Assembly (NCBI GenBank): GCA_049431945.1
Contig: JBMTDJ010000001.1
Coordinates: forward strand, 14,106 to 78,105
Reading direction: 5' to 3'
From: Candidatus Nanopelagicales bacterium
Lineage (GTDB): Bacteria; Actinomycetota; Actinomycetes; S36-B12
DNA length: 64,000 bases
Under the pieces are notes generated by a model. That model was not told where the DNA came from and ran no database searches. It saw nothing but the letters and a program-made list of their open reading frames with translations. The translations under genes were made by a program, and so were the position numbers. Shown here piece by piece: positions 1 through 8,342 of the stretch (position 1 is its first letter; each line of letters begins with the position of its first letter).

Positions 1-2
1 CG

Positions 3-293
3 GAGGCGGCCACGCGGCCCGCCCGCGCGGCTGGTGCGTGGACGACCATCGACGCCTCCGGACCGGTCCTCTACCTCGCTCGCGGACGGAAGTCGCTGAC
101 GACCTGGACATGCGAGGACTACGCGAGCGCCGCGGAATCGCTGGCGTCCGGCCTCGCAGGACAGCCCACGACCATCACGCGAATCGATGGCCACGAGATC
201 GGCACGCTCCCGTCGGACGACCAGCGGATGACAGCGCTGACCAGCGCAGGTTTCGCGCGCACGCCCAGCGGCCTCCGCCTGCGTCGCTCGTGA
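3..293 (+). CDS. 3' end of a gene running off the window; tail resembles the C-terminus of an Lhr-type ATP-dependent helicase (partial)
   Basis: Frame 3 is open from the window edge to TGA 291-293 (...WTTIDASGPVLYLARGRKSLTTW...ALTSAGFARTPSGLRLRRS*). It has no start codon in the window, so it is absent from the ORF track. From memory the tail looks like actinobacterial Lhr C-termini, and lhr is classically followed by nei (present at 1828). Not verifiable here. Confidence 0.45.
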   Translation, partial: EAATRPARAAGAWTTIDASGPVLYLARGRKSLTTWTCEDYASAAESLASGLAGQPTTITRIDGHEIGTLPSDDQRMTALTSAGFARTPSGLRLRRS

Positions 294-301
294 CGATCGA
301 C

Positions 302-368
302 TGCACGATCTCCGCCGTTATCGACGTTAAGAGCGCCGGCAGCGTCGATAAGGGGCGGAGACGGTGCA
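302..368 (+). repeat. Long imperfect palindromic element, copy 1 of 2 (REP/terminator-like)
   Basis: Sequence: TGCAC-GATC-TCCGCC-G-TTATCGACG-[16 nt]-CGTCGATAA-GG-GGCGGAG-ACG-GTGCA. Three complementary arm pairs begin 8 nt after the upstream TGA. The reverse complement of 37230-37297 aligns at about 55/67 positions, including an identical 18-mer CGTCGATAAGGGGCGGAG. Confidence 0.6.
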
Positions 369-385
369 CGGCCTATGCTCGGGCC

Positions 386-835
386 ATGCGACTTCCGGGG
401 CGGACGGACTATGCCCTGCGCGCCGTCCTCGAACTCGCGGCCGCACCGGATGGACCTGTGACCACGGACGAACTCTCAGATCGTCAGGACATCCCGACGT
501 CCTACCTCGGCGCCATCCTCGCCGAGCTCCGCAAGGCCAACATCGTCCATGCGCGTCGCGGCGTCGAGGGTGGCTGGACCCTCGCACGTCCGGCCGCCGA
601 CATCACCCTCGCCGATGTCATCCGGGCCGTCGACGGCGCGCTCACCAACGTTGCCGGCACCCGCCCGGAGGACCTGCATTACGCCGGTGCCGCGGCTGGG
701 CTGCCCCAGGTCCTCGTCGCGCTGCGGGCCGCCGAGCGGCAGATCCTGGAGTCCGTGAGCCTGGCCGACGTGGTCCAAGGTCACCTGCCCGCACGCGTGC
801 GCAAACTCACTGAGGATCCCGCCGCCTGGCACTAG
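386..835 (+). CDS. Rrf2 family transcriptional regulator (no cysteines, so not an Fe-S cluster type)
   Basis: Start is the internal ATG 386 of track ORF 38..835. MRLPGRTDYALRAVLELA...IPTSYLGAILAELRKANIVHARRGVEGGWTLARP is the Rrf2 winged-helix signature. The protein has no Cys. The 38-385 part of the ORF is Arg/Pro-rich and overlaps the previous gene end and the palindromic element. Confidence 0.85.
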   Translation: MRLPGRTDYALRAVLELAAAPDGPVTTDELSDRQDIPTSYLGAILAELRKANIVHARRGVEGGWTLARPAADITLADVIRAVDGALTNVAGTRPEDLHYAGAAAGLPQVLVALRAAERQILESVSLADVVQGHLPARVRKLTEDPAAWH

Positions 836-882
836 GGCGACCCGCTCAGACATGCCTACCACCGCCCGGGGCCCGCCCCATG

Positions 883-914
883 CTATTGTCATGTCACCTA
901 GGTGACAATAGGGT
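883..914 (+). promoter_or_regulatory. Candidate operator (perfect 16-bp palindrome) abutting a -10-like TAGGGT, upstream of tauE
   Basis: TGTCACCTAGGTGACA (892-907) is a perfect palindrome. It is nested in CTATTGTCA(883-891)...TGACAATAG(903-911). TAGGGT at 909-914 fits the actinobacterial TANNNT -10. GGAG lies at 933-936 and the ATG at 942. Confidence 0.45.
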
Positions 915-941
915 CTTTACGTCGGGCCCGGACGGAGCGAC

Positions 942-1835
942 ATGACCGGCCTCATCCTCATCGCCCTCGCCGGCTTCGGCGCCTCCTTCGTGGACGGCGC
1001 ACTCGGCATGGGCTTCGGCGTCACCTCGACCACCCTGCTGATCGCGGTCGGGCTCTCCCCCGCGCTCGCCTCGGCCTCGGTCCACCTAGCCAAGCTCGGC
1101 ACCTCCGCCGCCTCGGGCATGGCCCATCACCGCTTCGGCAATGTCGACTGGGCCGGGGTGCGCCGCATCGGACTTCCGGGTGCAGCCGGAGCCTTTGTCG
1201 GCGCCACCGTGCTGTCGCACCTGTCGACCACGGCCGCGCTGCCATTCACCGGAACCCTGCTGTTCCTGCTCGGCATCTACATCGTTATCCGATTCGTCAT
1301 CGGCCGCGCACCACGACGTGCGTCCGGGACGCCGGGCAGGCGGCTCATGGTCCCCCTCGGCCTGGTCGGCGGCTTCGTCGATGCAACCGGTGGCGGCGGC
1401 TGGGGGCCGGTCACCACGCCGACGTTGCTCGCCGACGGACGCCTGAGCCCCGCACGTGTCATCGGCACCGTCAACACCGCGGAGTTCATCGTCGCCCTGG
1501 CTGCGAGCCTGGGCTTCCTCATCGGCTTGGGCACCGCCGGTATCGACATCGGCATCGTGCTCGCCCTGCTAGCAGGCGGAATCATCGCGGCACCGCTCGC
1601 CGCGTGGGTGGTGCGCTTCCTCAACCCCCGCATCCTCGGCGTCGTCGTCGGATGCGTGATCTTGCTCCTCAATGCCCGGCTCATCCTCGGCGCTCTCGGC
1701 GCCGATCCGGTGGTGTGGTGGACCGTCTACGCCATGCTCCTCACCGTGACGATCGCCGCGATCACCTTCGTCGTGAGGATCGTGATGCGAGAGCGCGAGG
1801 TCCAGGCTCAGGGGCCACAATCGGTGCATGCCTGA
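942..1835 (+). CDS. TauE/SafE (DUF81) family sulfite/anion exporter
   Basis: 297-aa polytopic membrane ORF with Gly-rich helices (FVDGALGMGFG..., DATGGGGWGP) in two similar halves, typical of TauE/SafE. ATG 942 is preceded by GGAG. Confidence 0.85.
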   Translation: MTGLILIALAGFGASFVDGALGMGFGVTSTTLLIAVGLSPALASASVHLAKLGTSAASGMAHHRFGNVDWAGVRRIGLPGAAGAFVGATVLSHLSTTAALPFTGTLLFLLGIYIVIRFVIGRAPRRASGTPGRRLMVPLGLVGGFVDATGGGGWGPVTTPTLLADGRLSPARVIGTVNTAEFIVALAASLGFLIGLGTAGIDIGIVLALLAGGIIAAPLAAWVVRFLNPRILGVVVGCVILLLNARLILGALGADPVVWWTVYAMLLTVTIAAITFVVRIVMREREVQAQGPQSVHA

Positions 1836-2640
1836 AGGCGACACCGTCTGGCTGGCTGCCCGGCGCCTCGATGAGTCCCTGGGCGGCGCCGTGCTCACGA
1901 GTGCAGATCTGCGCGTTCCCGCCCTGGCGACCGTCGACCTCCGCGGCCGCACCGTCCACCAGGTCCGGTCCTACGGCAAGCACCTGCTCTTCCGCCTCGA
2001 CGGCGGCCTGAGCCTGCACACGCACTTCCGTATGGACGGCAGTTGGCACCTCTATCGACCCGGACGTCCATGGAAGGGAGGTCCGGACTGGCAGGTGCGC
2101 GCAGTGCTGGAGACCTCCGACTGGCAGGCGGTGGGCTATCGGCTGCCCGTGGTCGAGTTGCTGGATCCGCGCGGTGAGGCTGCGCTTCTCGGGCGCCTGG
2201 GTCCTGACATCCTCGCCGACGACGTCGACGTGGATGCCGTCGTGGAGTCACTTCGGTCTCAGCCGGAGCGCGCCATCGGCGACGCGCTCCTCGACCAGTC
2301 GATCGTCGCGGGCTTCGGTCTGATCTACGTCACGGAGACGCTCTTCCTGCGCGGCATCTCGCCGTACACGCCCGTCGAGTCCATCGAGGATCTCCCCGGG
2401 CTCCTGCAGACCGGCCGTCGCCTGATGCACGCCAATCGCGGGCGTGGGGCTCAAACCTCCACGGGTGACCTCAGGGACCAGCACTATGTCTACGGACGCG
2501 CGGGCCGACCCTGCCGACGCTGCGGGATGCGAGTGAGGTTCGGGCGCCAGCGCAGTGGAGAGTTCGACCGCGATGCCTACTGGTGCCCCCAATGCCAACC
2601 TTCGTCGAGTGGCGGCCTACCGCACGCGACACGCCGCTGA
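1828..2640 (+). CDS. nei: Fpg/Nei family DNA glycosylase (endonuclease VIII-like)
   Basis: N-terminal MPEGDTV carries the catalytic Pro2/Glu3. C-terminal zinc finger CRRCG...CPQC. ATG 1828 overlaps the tauE stop (ATGCCTGA). Confidence 0.9.
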   Translation: MPEGDTVWLAARRLDESLGGAVLTSADLRVPALATVDLRGRTVHQVRSYGKHLLFRLDGGLSLHTHFRMDGSWHLYRPGRPWKGGPDWQVRAVLETSDWQAVGYRLPVVELLDPRGEAALLGRLGPDILADDVDVDAVVESLRSQPERAIGDALLDQSIVAGFGLIYVTETLFLRGISPYTPVESIEDLPGLLQTGRRLMHANRGRGAQTSTGDLRDQHYVYGRAGRPCRRCGMRVRFGRQRSGEFDRDAYWCPQCQPSSSGGLPHATRR

Positions 2641-2670
2641 GAGGTGCGATAACTCGCCACTCAACGAACG

Positions 2671-2931
2671 TCAGGCGGCGCGGATGACCGGTGCGGGCTC
2701 GCGAGCCGCGACGTCCTCGGCCACCGAGAGCAGCACCGACGACAGGCGAACGCCGAGTGCGCCGCAGATGGCGATGAGCATCTCCGACGACGCTTCCTTC
2801 TCGCCCCGCTCGACCTCGGACAGGTAGCCGAGGGACACGGAAGCGGCAGAGGACACATCACGGAGGGTGCGGCCTTGGAGCAGGCGAATACGCCGAAGCT
2901 CGACGCCGATCACCTCACGGAGCACGATCAC
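2671..2931 (-). CDS. clgR: XRE-family HTH regulator, ClgR-like
   Basis: 86 aa with an HTH ([37 protein letters not shown]). GTG start. It sits directly after pgsA-cinA, as clgR does in Corynebacterium and Streptomyces (remembered synteny). Confidence 0.7.
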   Translation of the reverse strand: MIVLREVIGVELRRIRLLQGRTLRDVSSAASVSLGYLSEVERGEKEASSEMLIAICGALGVRLSSVLLSVAEDVAAREPAPVIRAA

Positions 2932-3098
2932 AGGACCACGCTACCCTCCCGGCCCGACGATCGCCTGCCGTGGATCGCACATGTCGCGACCCTCGATCGG
3001 CAATGGCGCGCACGAAAAGGCCGCTGTCCGGTCGCCTCACCGCACAAACGCCCCGCAGGGGTCCCTTGAGAGGTGAGACGACCTCGACCGCGGCAGGA

Positions 3099-3587
3099 CT
3101 ATGCGCCCGTGAGCACCCGGCCGAGCAGATCCAGGGCCGCGCTGACCGCGTGCCGGCGAACGCCCTCACGATCCTGCCCGGCACAGGCGAAGCCCACGAC
3201 GACCTCGCCCTCGGGCCCGACGACCGCGACGTAGCCCTGTCCGGGTGGTACCGGGCCGGCCACGACGCCACCGGGATCTGGGTCGGGGCCGGCTGAGCCG
3301 GTCGTGGCCACGGCGTAGTCAGCGGCGAGGAGGCGCCGTGCACCCAGAGCCATGTGCACGGCGACGGCGGGATCGACCGCGCCCTGTCGCTCGAGCAGGT
3401 CGGCATCGACTCCGAGTACGTCGGCCTTGACGGCCACGGCGTAGGAGACGAGGCCGCCGCGCACGCAGGCGCTCGCCCCCGGGATCGAGGTCAACTCGGC
3501 GCAGACGAGTCCCCCCGTGAGGCTCTCCGCGGTCGCCACTGTCTGGCCCCGCTCGACGAGCAGCGAGACCACCTCGTCGGCCTTCAC
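3099..3587 (-). CDS. cinA: CinA C-terminal domain protein (PncC-type nicotinamide-nucleotide amidohydrolase)
   Basis: [27 protein letters not shown]... is the CinA/PncC signature. The chosen GTG 3587 overlaps the pgsA stop (GTGA). The full 250-aa track ORF would overlap pgsA extensively. Confidence 0.8.
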   Translation of the reverse strand: MKADEVVSLLVERGQTVATAESLTGGLVCAELTSIPGASACVRGGLVSYAVAVKADVLGVDADLLERQGAVDPAVAVHMALGARRLLAADYAVATTGSAGPDPDPGGVVAGPVPPGQGYVAVVGPEGEVVVGFACAGQDREGVRRHAVSAALDLLGRVLTGA

Positions 3588-4228
3588 GAAGCGCCCCGTG
3601 ACATGCGCCGTGCGCGGAGGGCATAGTCCAGGCCCGTCGCGACGGTGAGCACGAGGGCAATGGCCATCGCCGCGATCTTCACCGGATCCGCCCACTCCGG
3701 CAGCGGGGCGAGGTAGAGCGAGATGGCGATCACCTGCGCGACCGTCTTGGCCTTGCCACCGCGCGAGGCCGGAATCACCCCGTGGCGGATGACGATGAAG
3801 CGCAGCGCCGTGACGGCGAGTTCGCGCCCGAGGATGATGACGGTGACCCACCAGGGCAGGTCCGCGAGCAACGACAGGCCGATGAGCGCAACCCCGGTGA
3901 GTGCCTTGTCGGCGATGGGATCGGCGATCTTGCCGAGAGTGGTCACCGTGCCACTGCGACGTGCGATCTCACCATCTGCCAGATCCGTCAGCGCAGCGAT
4001 GACGAAGACAGCGGTGGCCGCCCACCGCAGCGCCGCATCACTCCCGTCGTCCGCGAGGAGGAGCCAGGCGAGCACCGGGACGAGCAGCAGCCGCACCAGG
4101 GTGAGCAGATTGGGCAACGTTGCCCAGCGCGAGGTGCCGATCGGATCACCCGCGTGGTCGGGAATTCCGGCGAGGGGTGAGTCACCGGACCCGTCGCGGC
4201 GATTCCGGTCCCGTCCCGTCGCCGTCAC
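3584..4228 (-). CDS. pgsA: CDP-diacylglycerol--glycerol-3-phosphate 3-phosphatidyltransferase
   Basis: CDP-alcohol phosphatidyltransferase motif ([28 protein letters not shown]) and several TM helices. The GTG start overlaps the rimO stop (GTGA). Confidence 0.9.
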   Translation of the reverse strand: MTATGRDRNRRDGSGDSPLAGIPDHAGDPIGTSRWATLPNLLTLVRLLLVPVLAWLLLADDGSDAALRWAATAVFVIAALTDLADGEIARRSGTVTTLGKIADPIADKALTGVALIGLSLLADLPWWVTVIILGRELAVTALRFIVIRHGVIPASRGGKAKTVAQVIAISLYLAPLPEWADPVKIAAMAIALVLTVATGLDYALRARRMSRGAS

Positions 4229-5556
4229 GCGGACTCCGCGACGAGGTCGATGCCGTCCACGCCGACCACCCTCGCACGCACGACCTCGCCGACAGCATGC
4301 GCCGTGTCGATGATCGTCGCCGAGTCATCAGGCCCCTGGTGCGCTGCGCGCGCGATGCCCCGCTCCTCAACAAGGAGCTCGACCTCGTCACCCACACGCT
4401 CGCTGGCCCGCTCGAGCATGAGTTCATCGACCAGCGCGGACACCTCGGCCACGCGGCGGTCGATCTCGGCCTCGGGCAGATGACCGTCCAGGGTGGCTGC
4501 CTCGGTGCCCTCCTCGTCGGAGTAGCCGAAGACGCCGACGGCGTCGAGTCGCGCCGACTCCAGGAAGCCCATGAGCTCGGACAGGTCATCGTCGCTCTCG
4601 CCCGGGAATCCGACGATGACATTGGTGCGCACACCGGCCCGCGGATTGCGCGTGCGGATCATGTCGAGCAACCCGAGGAAGTCGTCTGTCCCGCCGAATC
4701 GACGCATCCGACGCAGGACACGCGAGCTCGAGTGCTGGAACGACAGGTCGAAGTACGGCGCGACCCCCGGAGTGTCGGCGATCGTGTCGACAAGGCCCGG
4801 CCTCATCTCTGCCGGCTGAAGGTAGTTGACGCGGACCCGAAGGATTCCCGGGACACGCGCCAGAGCCGGAAGCAGGCCCTCGAGCATGCGGATGTCACCG
4901 AGATCCTTGCCGTAGGACGTGGAGTTCTCGCTGACGAGCACGACCTCGCGCACGCCGGCGTCGGCAAGGTCCGCGATCTCTCCCATCACCTGCTCCGGGC
5001 GCCTGCTGACGAAGGAGCCACGGAAGGAAGGAATGGCGCAGAAGGTGCAGCGTCGATCGCATCCGGAGGCGAGCTTGACCGATATCACCGGCCCCGTGAC
5101 ACGTCGGTTGAGGCCGGCATGACCGGGTGCACCGCCTGCATCAACGCGCTCGACGGGGGCAAGGGGCAGCAGGGTCCGCCGGTCCACCGGCGTGTGGGGC
5201 GCGAGACTCTCGCCGGCCGCCACGCGCCGGACGCGATCCGTGATGTCGGCATAGTCGTCGAAACTGAGGACCGCGGCGGCTTCGGGCAACGACTCCGCGA
5301 GTTCGGCGCCGTATCTCTCGGCCAGGCATCCGGTGACGATGACGCGCGCGCCCGTGTCGGCCGCTGCCAGAACGGCGTCGATCGAGTCCTTCTTCGCCGA
5401 GGCCACGAAGCCGCATGTGTTGACGAGGAGGACGTCCGCCCGCTCAGGATCCTCACTCAGATCAAGACCGTCAGCGGCGAGCCGCGCCTCGAGTTCGTCC
5501 GCGTCGACATCGTTGCGTGCGCAACCCAGGCGCAGCACAGCGACTCGGGGATCCAT
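4225..5556 (-). CDS. rimO: Radical-SAM methylthiotransferase, ribosomal protein S12 methylthiotransferase RimO type
   Basis: N-terminal Cys motifs (LGCARN, NTCGF), radical-SAM CDRRCTFC, and a C-terminal TRAM-like region. The RimO-versus-MiaB assignment is inferred from the N-terminus and the position next to pgsA. Confidence 0.85.
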   Translation of the reverse strand: MDPRVAVLRLGCARNDVDADELEARLAADGLDLSEDPERADVLLVNTCGFVASAKKDSIDAVLAAADTGARVIVTGCLAERYGAELAESLPEAAAVLSFDDYADITDRVRRVAAGESLAPHTPVDRRTLLPLAPVERVDAGGAPGHAGLNRRVTGPVISVKLASGCDRRCTFCAIPSFRGSFVSRRPEQVMGEIADLADAGVREVVLVSENSTSYGKDLGDIRMLEGLLPALARVPGILRVRVNYLQPAEMRPGLVDTIADTPGVAPYFDLSFQHSSSRVLRRMRRFGGTDDFLGLLDMIRTRNPRAGVRTNVIVGFPGESDDDLSELMGFLESARLDAVGVFGYSDEEGTEAATLDGHLPEAEIDRRVAEVSALVDELMLERASERVGDEVELLVEERGIARAAHQGPDDSATIIDTAHAVGEVVRARVVGVDGIDLVAESA

Positions 5557-5645
5557 CCCCTCAGGGTAGAGACTCTCGAGCCTGCGTCCGGTCGCGGGAG
5601 GGCGCCGGCACGCGCCCCTACTCCGCGGGACAAGGCCCCGAGTGA

Positions 5646-8297
5646 CTAGTTCCCGCCGCGAATATCCATGAGGAAGCCCGGCAGATCGTCGGCCTTGAGC
5701 AGCACCTCGCGCGCCTTAGATCCCTCGCTGGGGCCGACGACGCCGCGGGACTCCAGCAGATCCATGAGCCGACCCGCCTTCGCGAATCCGACGCGCAGCT
5801 TGCGCTGGAGCATCGACGTGGAGCCGAACTGCGTCGTGACGACGAGTTCAGCGGCCTGGCACAACAGATCGAGGTCGTCGCCGATCTCCTCGTCGATCTG
5901 ACGACCCACGGCGGCCGGAGCGGTGACATCGTCGCGGTAGTCGGGGTCCATCTGCTCGCGTACGAACCGCACCACGCTGCGGATCTCGGTCTCCGAGACG
6001 AAGGCTCCCTGGATGCGCTGAGCCTTGCTCGCCCCCATGGGCAGGAAGAGTCCATCGCCTTGCCCGACGAGCTTCTCGGCCCCGGGTTGGTCGAGGATCA
6101 CACGACTGTCAGCGAGCGAGGAGGTCGCGAAGGCCAGACGACTCGGCACATTGGCCTTGATCAGGCCCGTGACGACGTCGACGCTGGGACGCTGCGTCGC
6201 CAGGACCAGGTGAATGCCAGCAGCGCGTGCGAGTTGCGTAATACGAACGACTGAATCCTCGACATCGCGCGGAGCCACCATCATGAGGTCGGCAAGCTCA
6301 TCGACGATGACGAGCAGGTACGGGTAGGGGCGCAGCACACGCTCGCTGCCGAGCGGAGGCGTGAGCTTGCCTGACCGGACCGCCTTGTTGAAGTCGTCGA
6401 TATGACGGAAGCCGAATTGCGCAAGGTCGTCGTAGCGGGTGTCCATCTCCTTGACGACCCACTGGAGGGCGTCGGCGGCCTTCTTGGGATTGGTGATGAT
6501 CGGCGTGATGAGGTGGGGGATCCCCTCGTACGCCGTGAGCTCGACTCGCTTGGGATCCACGAGGATCATGCGCACGTCGTCCGGCGTGGCGCGCATGAGG
6601 ACCGACGTAATGAGCGAGTTGATGCAGCTCGACTTGCCCGCGCCCGTGGCGCCCGCCACGAGCAGGTGGGGCATCTTGGCGAGATTGGCCACGACATAGC
6701 CGCCTTCGACGTCCTTGCCCAGGGCGACCGTCATCGGGTGATGCTCATCGGTGGCCGTCGCCGAACGCAGCACATCCCCGAGGCTCACGAGCTCGCGATC
6801 GGCGTTGGGGATCTCGATGCCGATCGCGCTCTTGCCCGGGATCGGGCTGAGGATGCGGACCTCGGGGCTTGCCACCGCATAGGCGATGTTGCGACTCAGG
6901 GCTGTGACGCGCTCCACCTTGACGCTCGGACCGAGCTCGATCTCGTAGCGCGTGACGGTCGGGCCGCGTGTGAAGCCGGTGACACGCGCATCGATGTTGA
7001 ATTCCTCCAGCACCTGAGTCAGCGCCGACACCACGCCGTCATTGGCCTTCGTGCGGCTGCGCGGCGCAGGACCGGCCTTGAGCATCTGCGCACCCGGCAG
7101 GCGGTAGTCGATCGCCCGGTCCAACGGCAACTGCTCGACAGGGCCAGCGGGCGGGGCCTCGAACGTCGGTGCCGGCGTGGACTCCGGCGCCGGTGGGGCG
7201 ACGTCGTCCGCCGCGCGAGGGACCTCGGTCGTGAGATGGCGCGGGCCCGTGTCGAACTTCGCGGCATCGGCGATCTGCTTGGCCGCCCCCGCGACGCCGA
7301 GTGCCGGCTCGGCAGCAGACATGAGGAACTCTTCCTCCGCCTCGATGTCGATCTCGCCGGCGATCGCCGTGTCCTCCGGGTCGATGAGCTCCGCGGAGTC
7401 GACGACGAAGCCATCCACCTCGTCGGCGGCGTACGAATCGAGGAGTTCATCGTTGGCGGAGCGGCCACCCGAACCCGGACGCAGGATGTGGCCGCCCACG
7501 CGACGCAGAGCCTGGGGCACGGCCATGAGCGGCGTCGCCGTGAGCACGAGGATGCCGAAGACGGCGAGCAGGCCGAGGAGGACGCCGGTGACCACCGGGC
7601 CGAGCGCGGCGGCCACGGGCGCTGTCGTGACCCAGCCCGTGATACCGGTGCCCGCTGATAGTCCGTCGAGGCCATCGCTTGGCGTGGGCAGGCCCTGCAC
7701 GAGATGCCAGAGGCCCGCCGCGGCGAGGAGCAGTGCCAGTCCACCCACGATGAGTCGCCCGTTGGTCACGTGGTCTTCGGGATGTCTCAGGGTGCGCCAG
7801 CCGATGAGGAGCAGGACGATCGGCACCGCGATGTCGAACGCGCCCACGAGGTACGCCGACACGGTGCCCAGCCCGATGGTGAACCAGCCGTCCACTCCGA
7901 ACCACACGGCGGCAGCGACGATGACCGCAAGGGCGATGAAGAGCAGGCCCAAGCCGTCACGGCGGTGGACATCGTCGAGATCGCGGGCACCGTGACCGAC
8001 GCGGCGGGCCGCACCACCCATCGCGTGGGCAATCCCCAGCCAGAGGGCGCGCAGGGCCCGGCCGACTCCGGCCAGCCCGCGGGCGAGGGGCCCGGGACCA
8101 CTAGATCGGCGCGAGGACGCCGTCGAGCGCGACTTGGCCGTGGAGCGCGGCTTGGCGGTCGAGCGCGGCTTGGCGGTCGAACGGCGAGACCGGGAGGGGC
8201 TCGCGGAGGAGCGGCTACGCGTGGGCACACTGGATCGACTCGCCATGTCCCGAGGGTACCCGCGAGTACCACGAATCACGGGTGTCACACGGGTCAC
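5646..8297 (-). CDS. ftsK: DNA translocase FtsK
   Basis: Basic Ser-rich N-tail, four TM helices, Pro/Ala linker, and a motor domain with Walker A ([11 protein letters not shown]), Walker B ([11 protein letters not shown]) and a C-terminal gamma domain. The start is either GTG 8297 or ATG 8246; unresolved. Confidence 0.93.
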   Translation of the reverse strand: MTRVTPVIRGTRGYPRDMASRSSVPTRSRSSASPSRSRRSTAKPRSTAKPRSTAKSRSTASSRRSSGPGPLARGLAGVGRALRALWLGIAHAMGGAARRVGHGARDLDDVHRRDGLGLLFIALAVIVAAAVWFGVDGWFTIGLGTVSAYLVGAFDIAVPIVLLLIGWRTLRHPEDHVTNGRLIVGGLALLLAAAGLWHLVQGLPTPSDGLDGLSAGTGITGWVTTAPVAAALGPVVTGVLLGLLAVFGILVLTATPLMAVPQALRRVGGHILRPGSGGRSANDELLDSYAADEVDGFVVDSAELIDPEDTAIAGEIDIEAEEEFLMSAAEPALGVAGAAKQIADAAKFDTGPRHLTTEVPRAADDVAPPAPESTPAPTFEAPPAGPVEQLPLDRAIDYRLPGAQMLKAGPAPRSRTKANDGVVSALTQVLEEFNIDARVTGFTRGPTVTRYEIELGPSVKVERVTALSRNIAYAVASPEVRILSPIPGKSAIGIEIPNADRELVSLGDVLRSATATDEHHPMTVALGKDVEGGYVVANLAKMPHLLVAGATGAGKSSCINSLITSVLMRATPDDVRMILVDPKRVELTAYEGIPHLITPIITNPKKAADALQWVVKEMDTRYDDLAQFGFRHIDDFNKAVRSGKLTPPLGSERVLRPYPYLLVIVDELADLMMVAPRDVEDSVVRITQLARAAGIHLVLATQRPSVDVVTGLIKANVPSRLAFATSSLADSRVILDQPGAEKLVGQGDGLFLPMGASKAQRIQGAFVSETEIRSVVRFVREQMDPDYRDDVTAPAAVGRQIDEEIGDDLDLLCQAAELVVTTQFGSTSMLQRKLRVGFAKAGRLMDLLESRGVVGPSEGSKAREVLLKADDLPGFLMDIRGGN
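8121..8192 (-). repeat. 18-nt tandem repeat (about 4 units) inside the ftsK 5' region
   Basis: Plus-strand units are cgtcgagcgcgacttggc / cgtggagcgcggcttggc / ggtcgagcgcggcttggc plus a degenerate fourth. They encode (KPRSTA)n in the FtsK N-terminal tail. Confidence 0.8.
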
Positions 8298-8342
8298 GCG
8301 TGTCGTCGCCCCGAGCCCATCCGGGCGCCCGTCTGGGCTGGC

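Noticed and set aside
38-385. N-terminal 116 codons of track ORF 38..835, and ORF 364..813
   Set aside because: This part overlaps the end of the upstream gene and the palindromic element and is Arg/Pro/His-rich. The Rrf2 domain begins exactly at Met 386. ORF 364..813 is the +2 shadow frame of rrf2.
2932-3098. Search for a ClgR operator upstream of clgR; near-palindrome TCGCACATGTCGCGA at about 2975-2989
   Set aside because: I found no match to the remembered ClgR consensus spacing (CGC-N5-GCG). The near-palindrome has a different spacing and is imperfect. Not enough to call.
4120-5649. 509-aa plus-strand ORF
   Set aside because: Antisense to rimO (radical-SAM CxxxCxxC is present on the minus strand).
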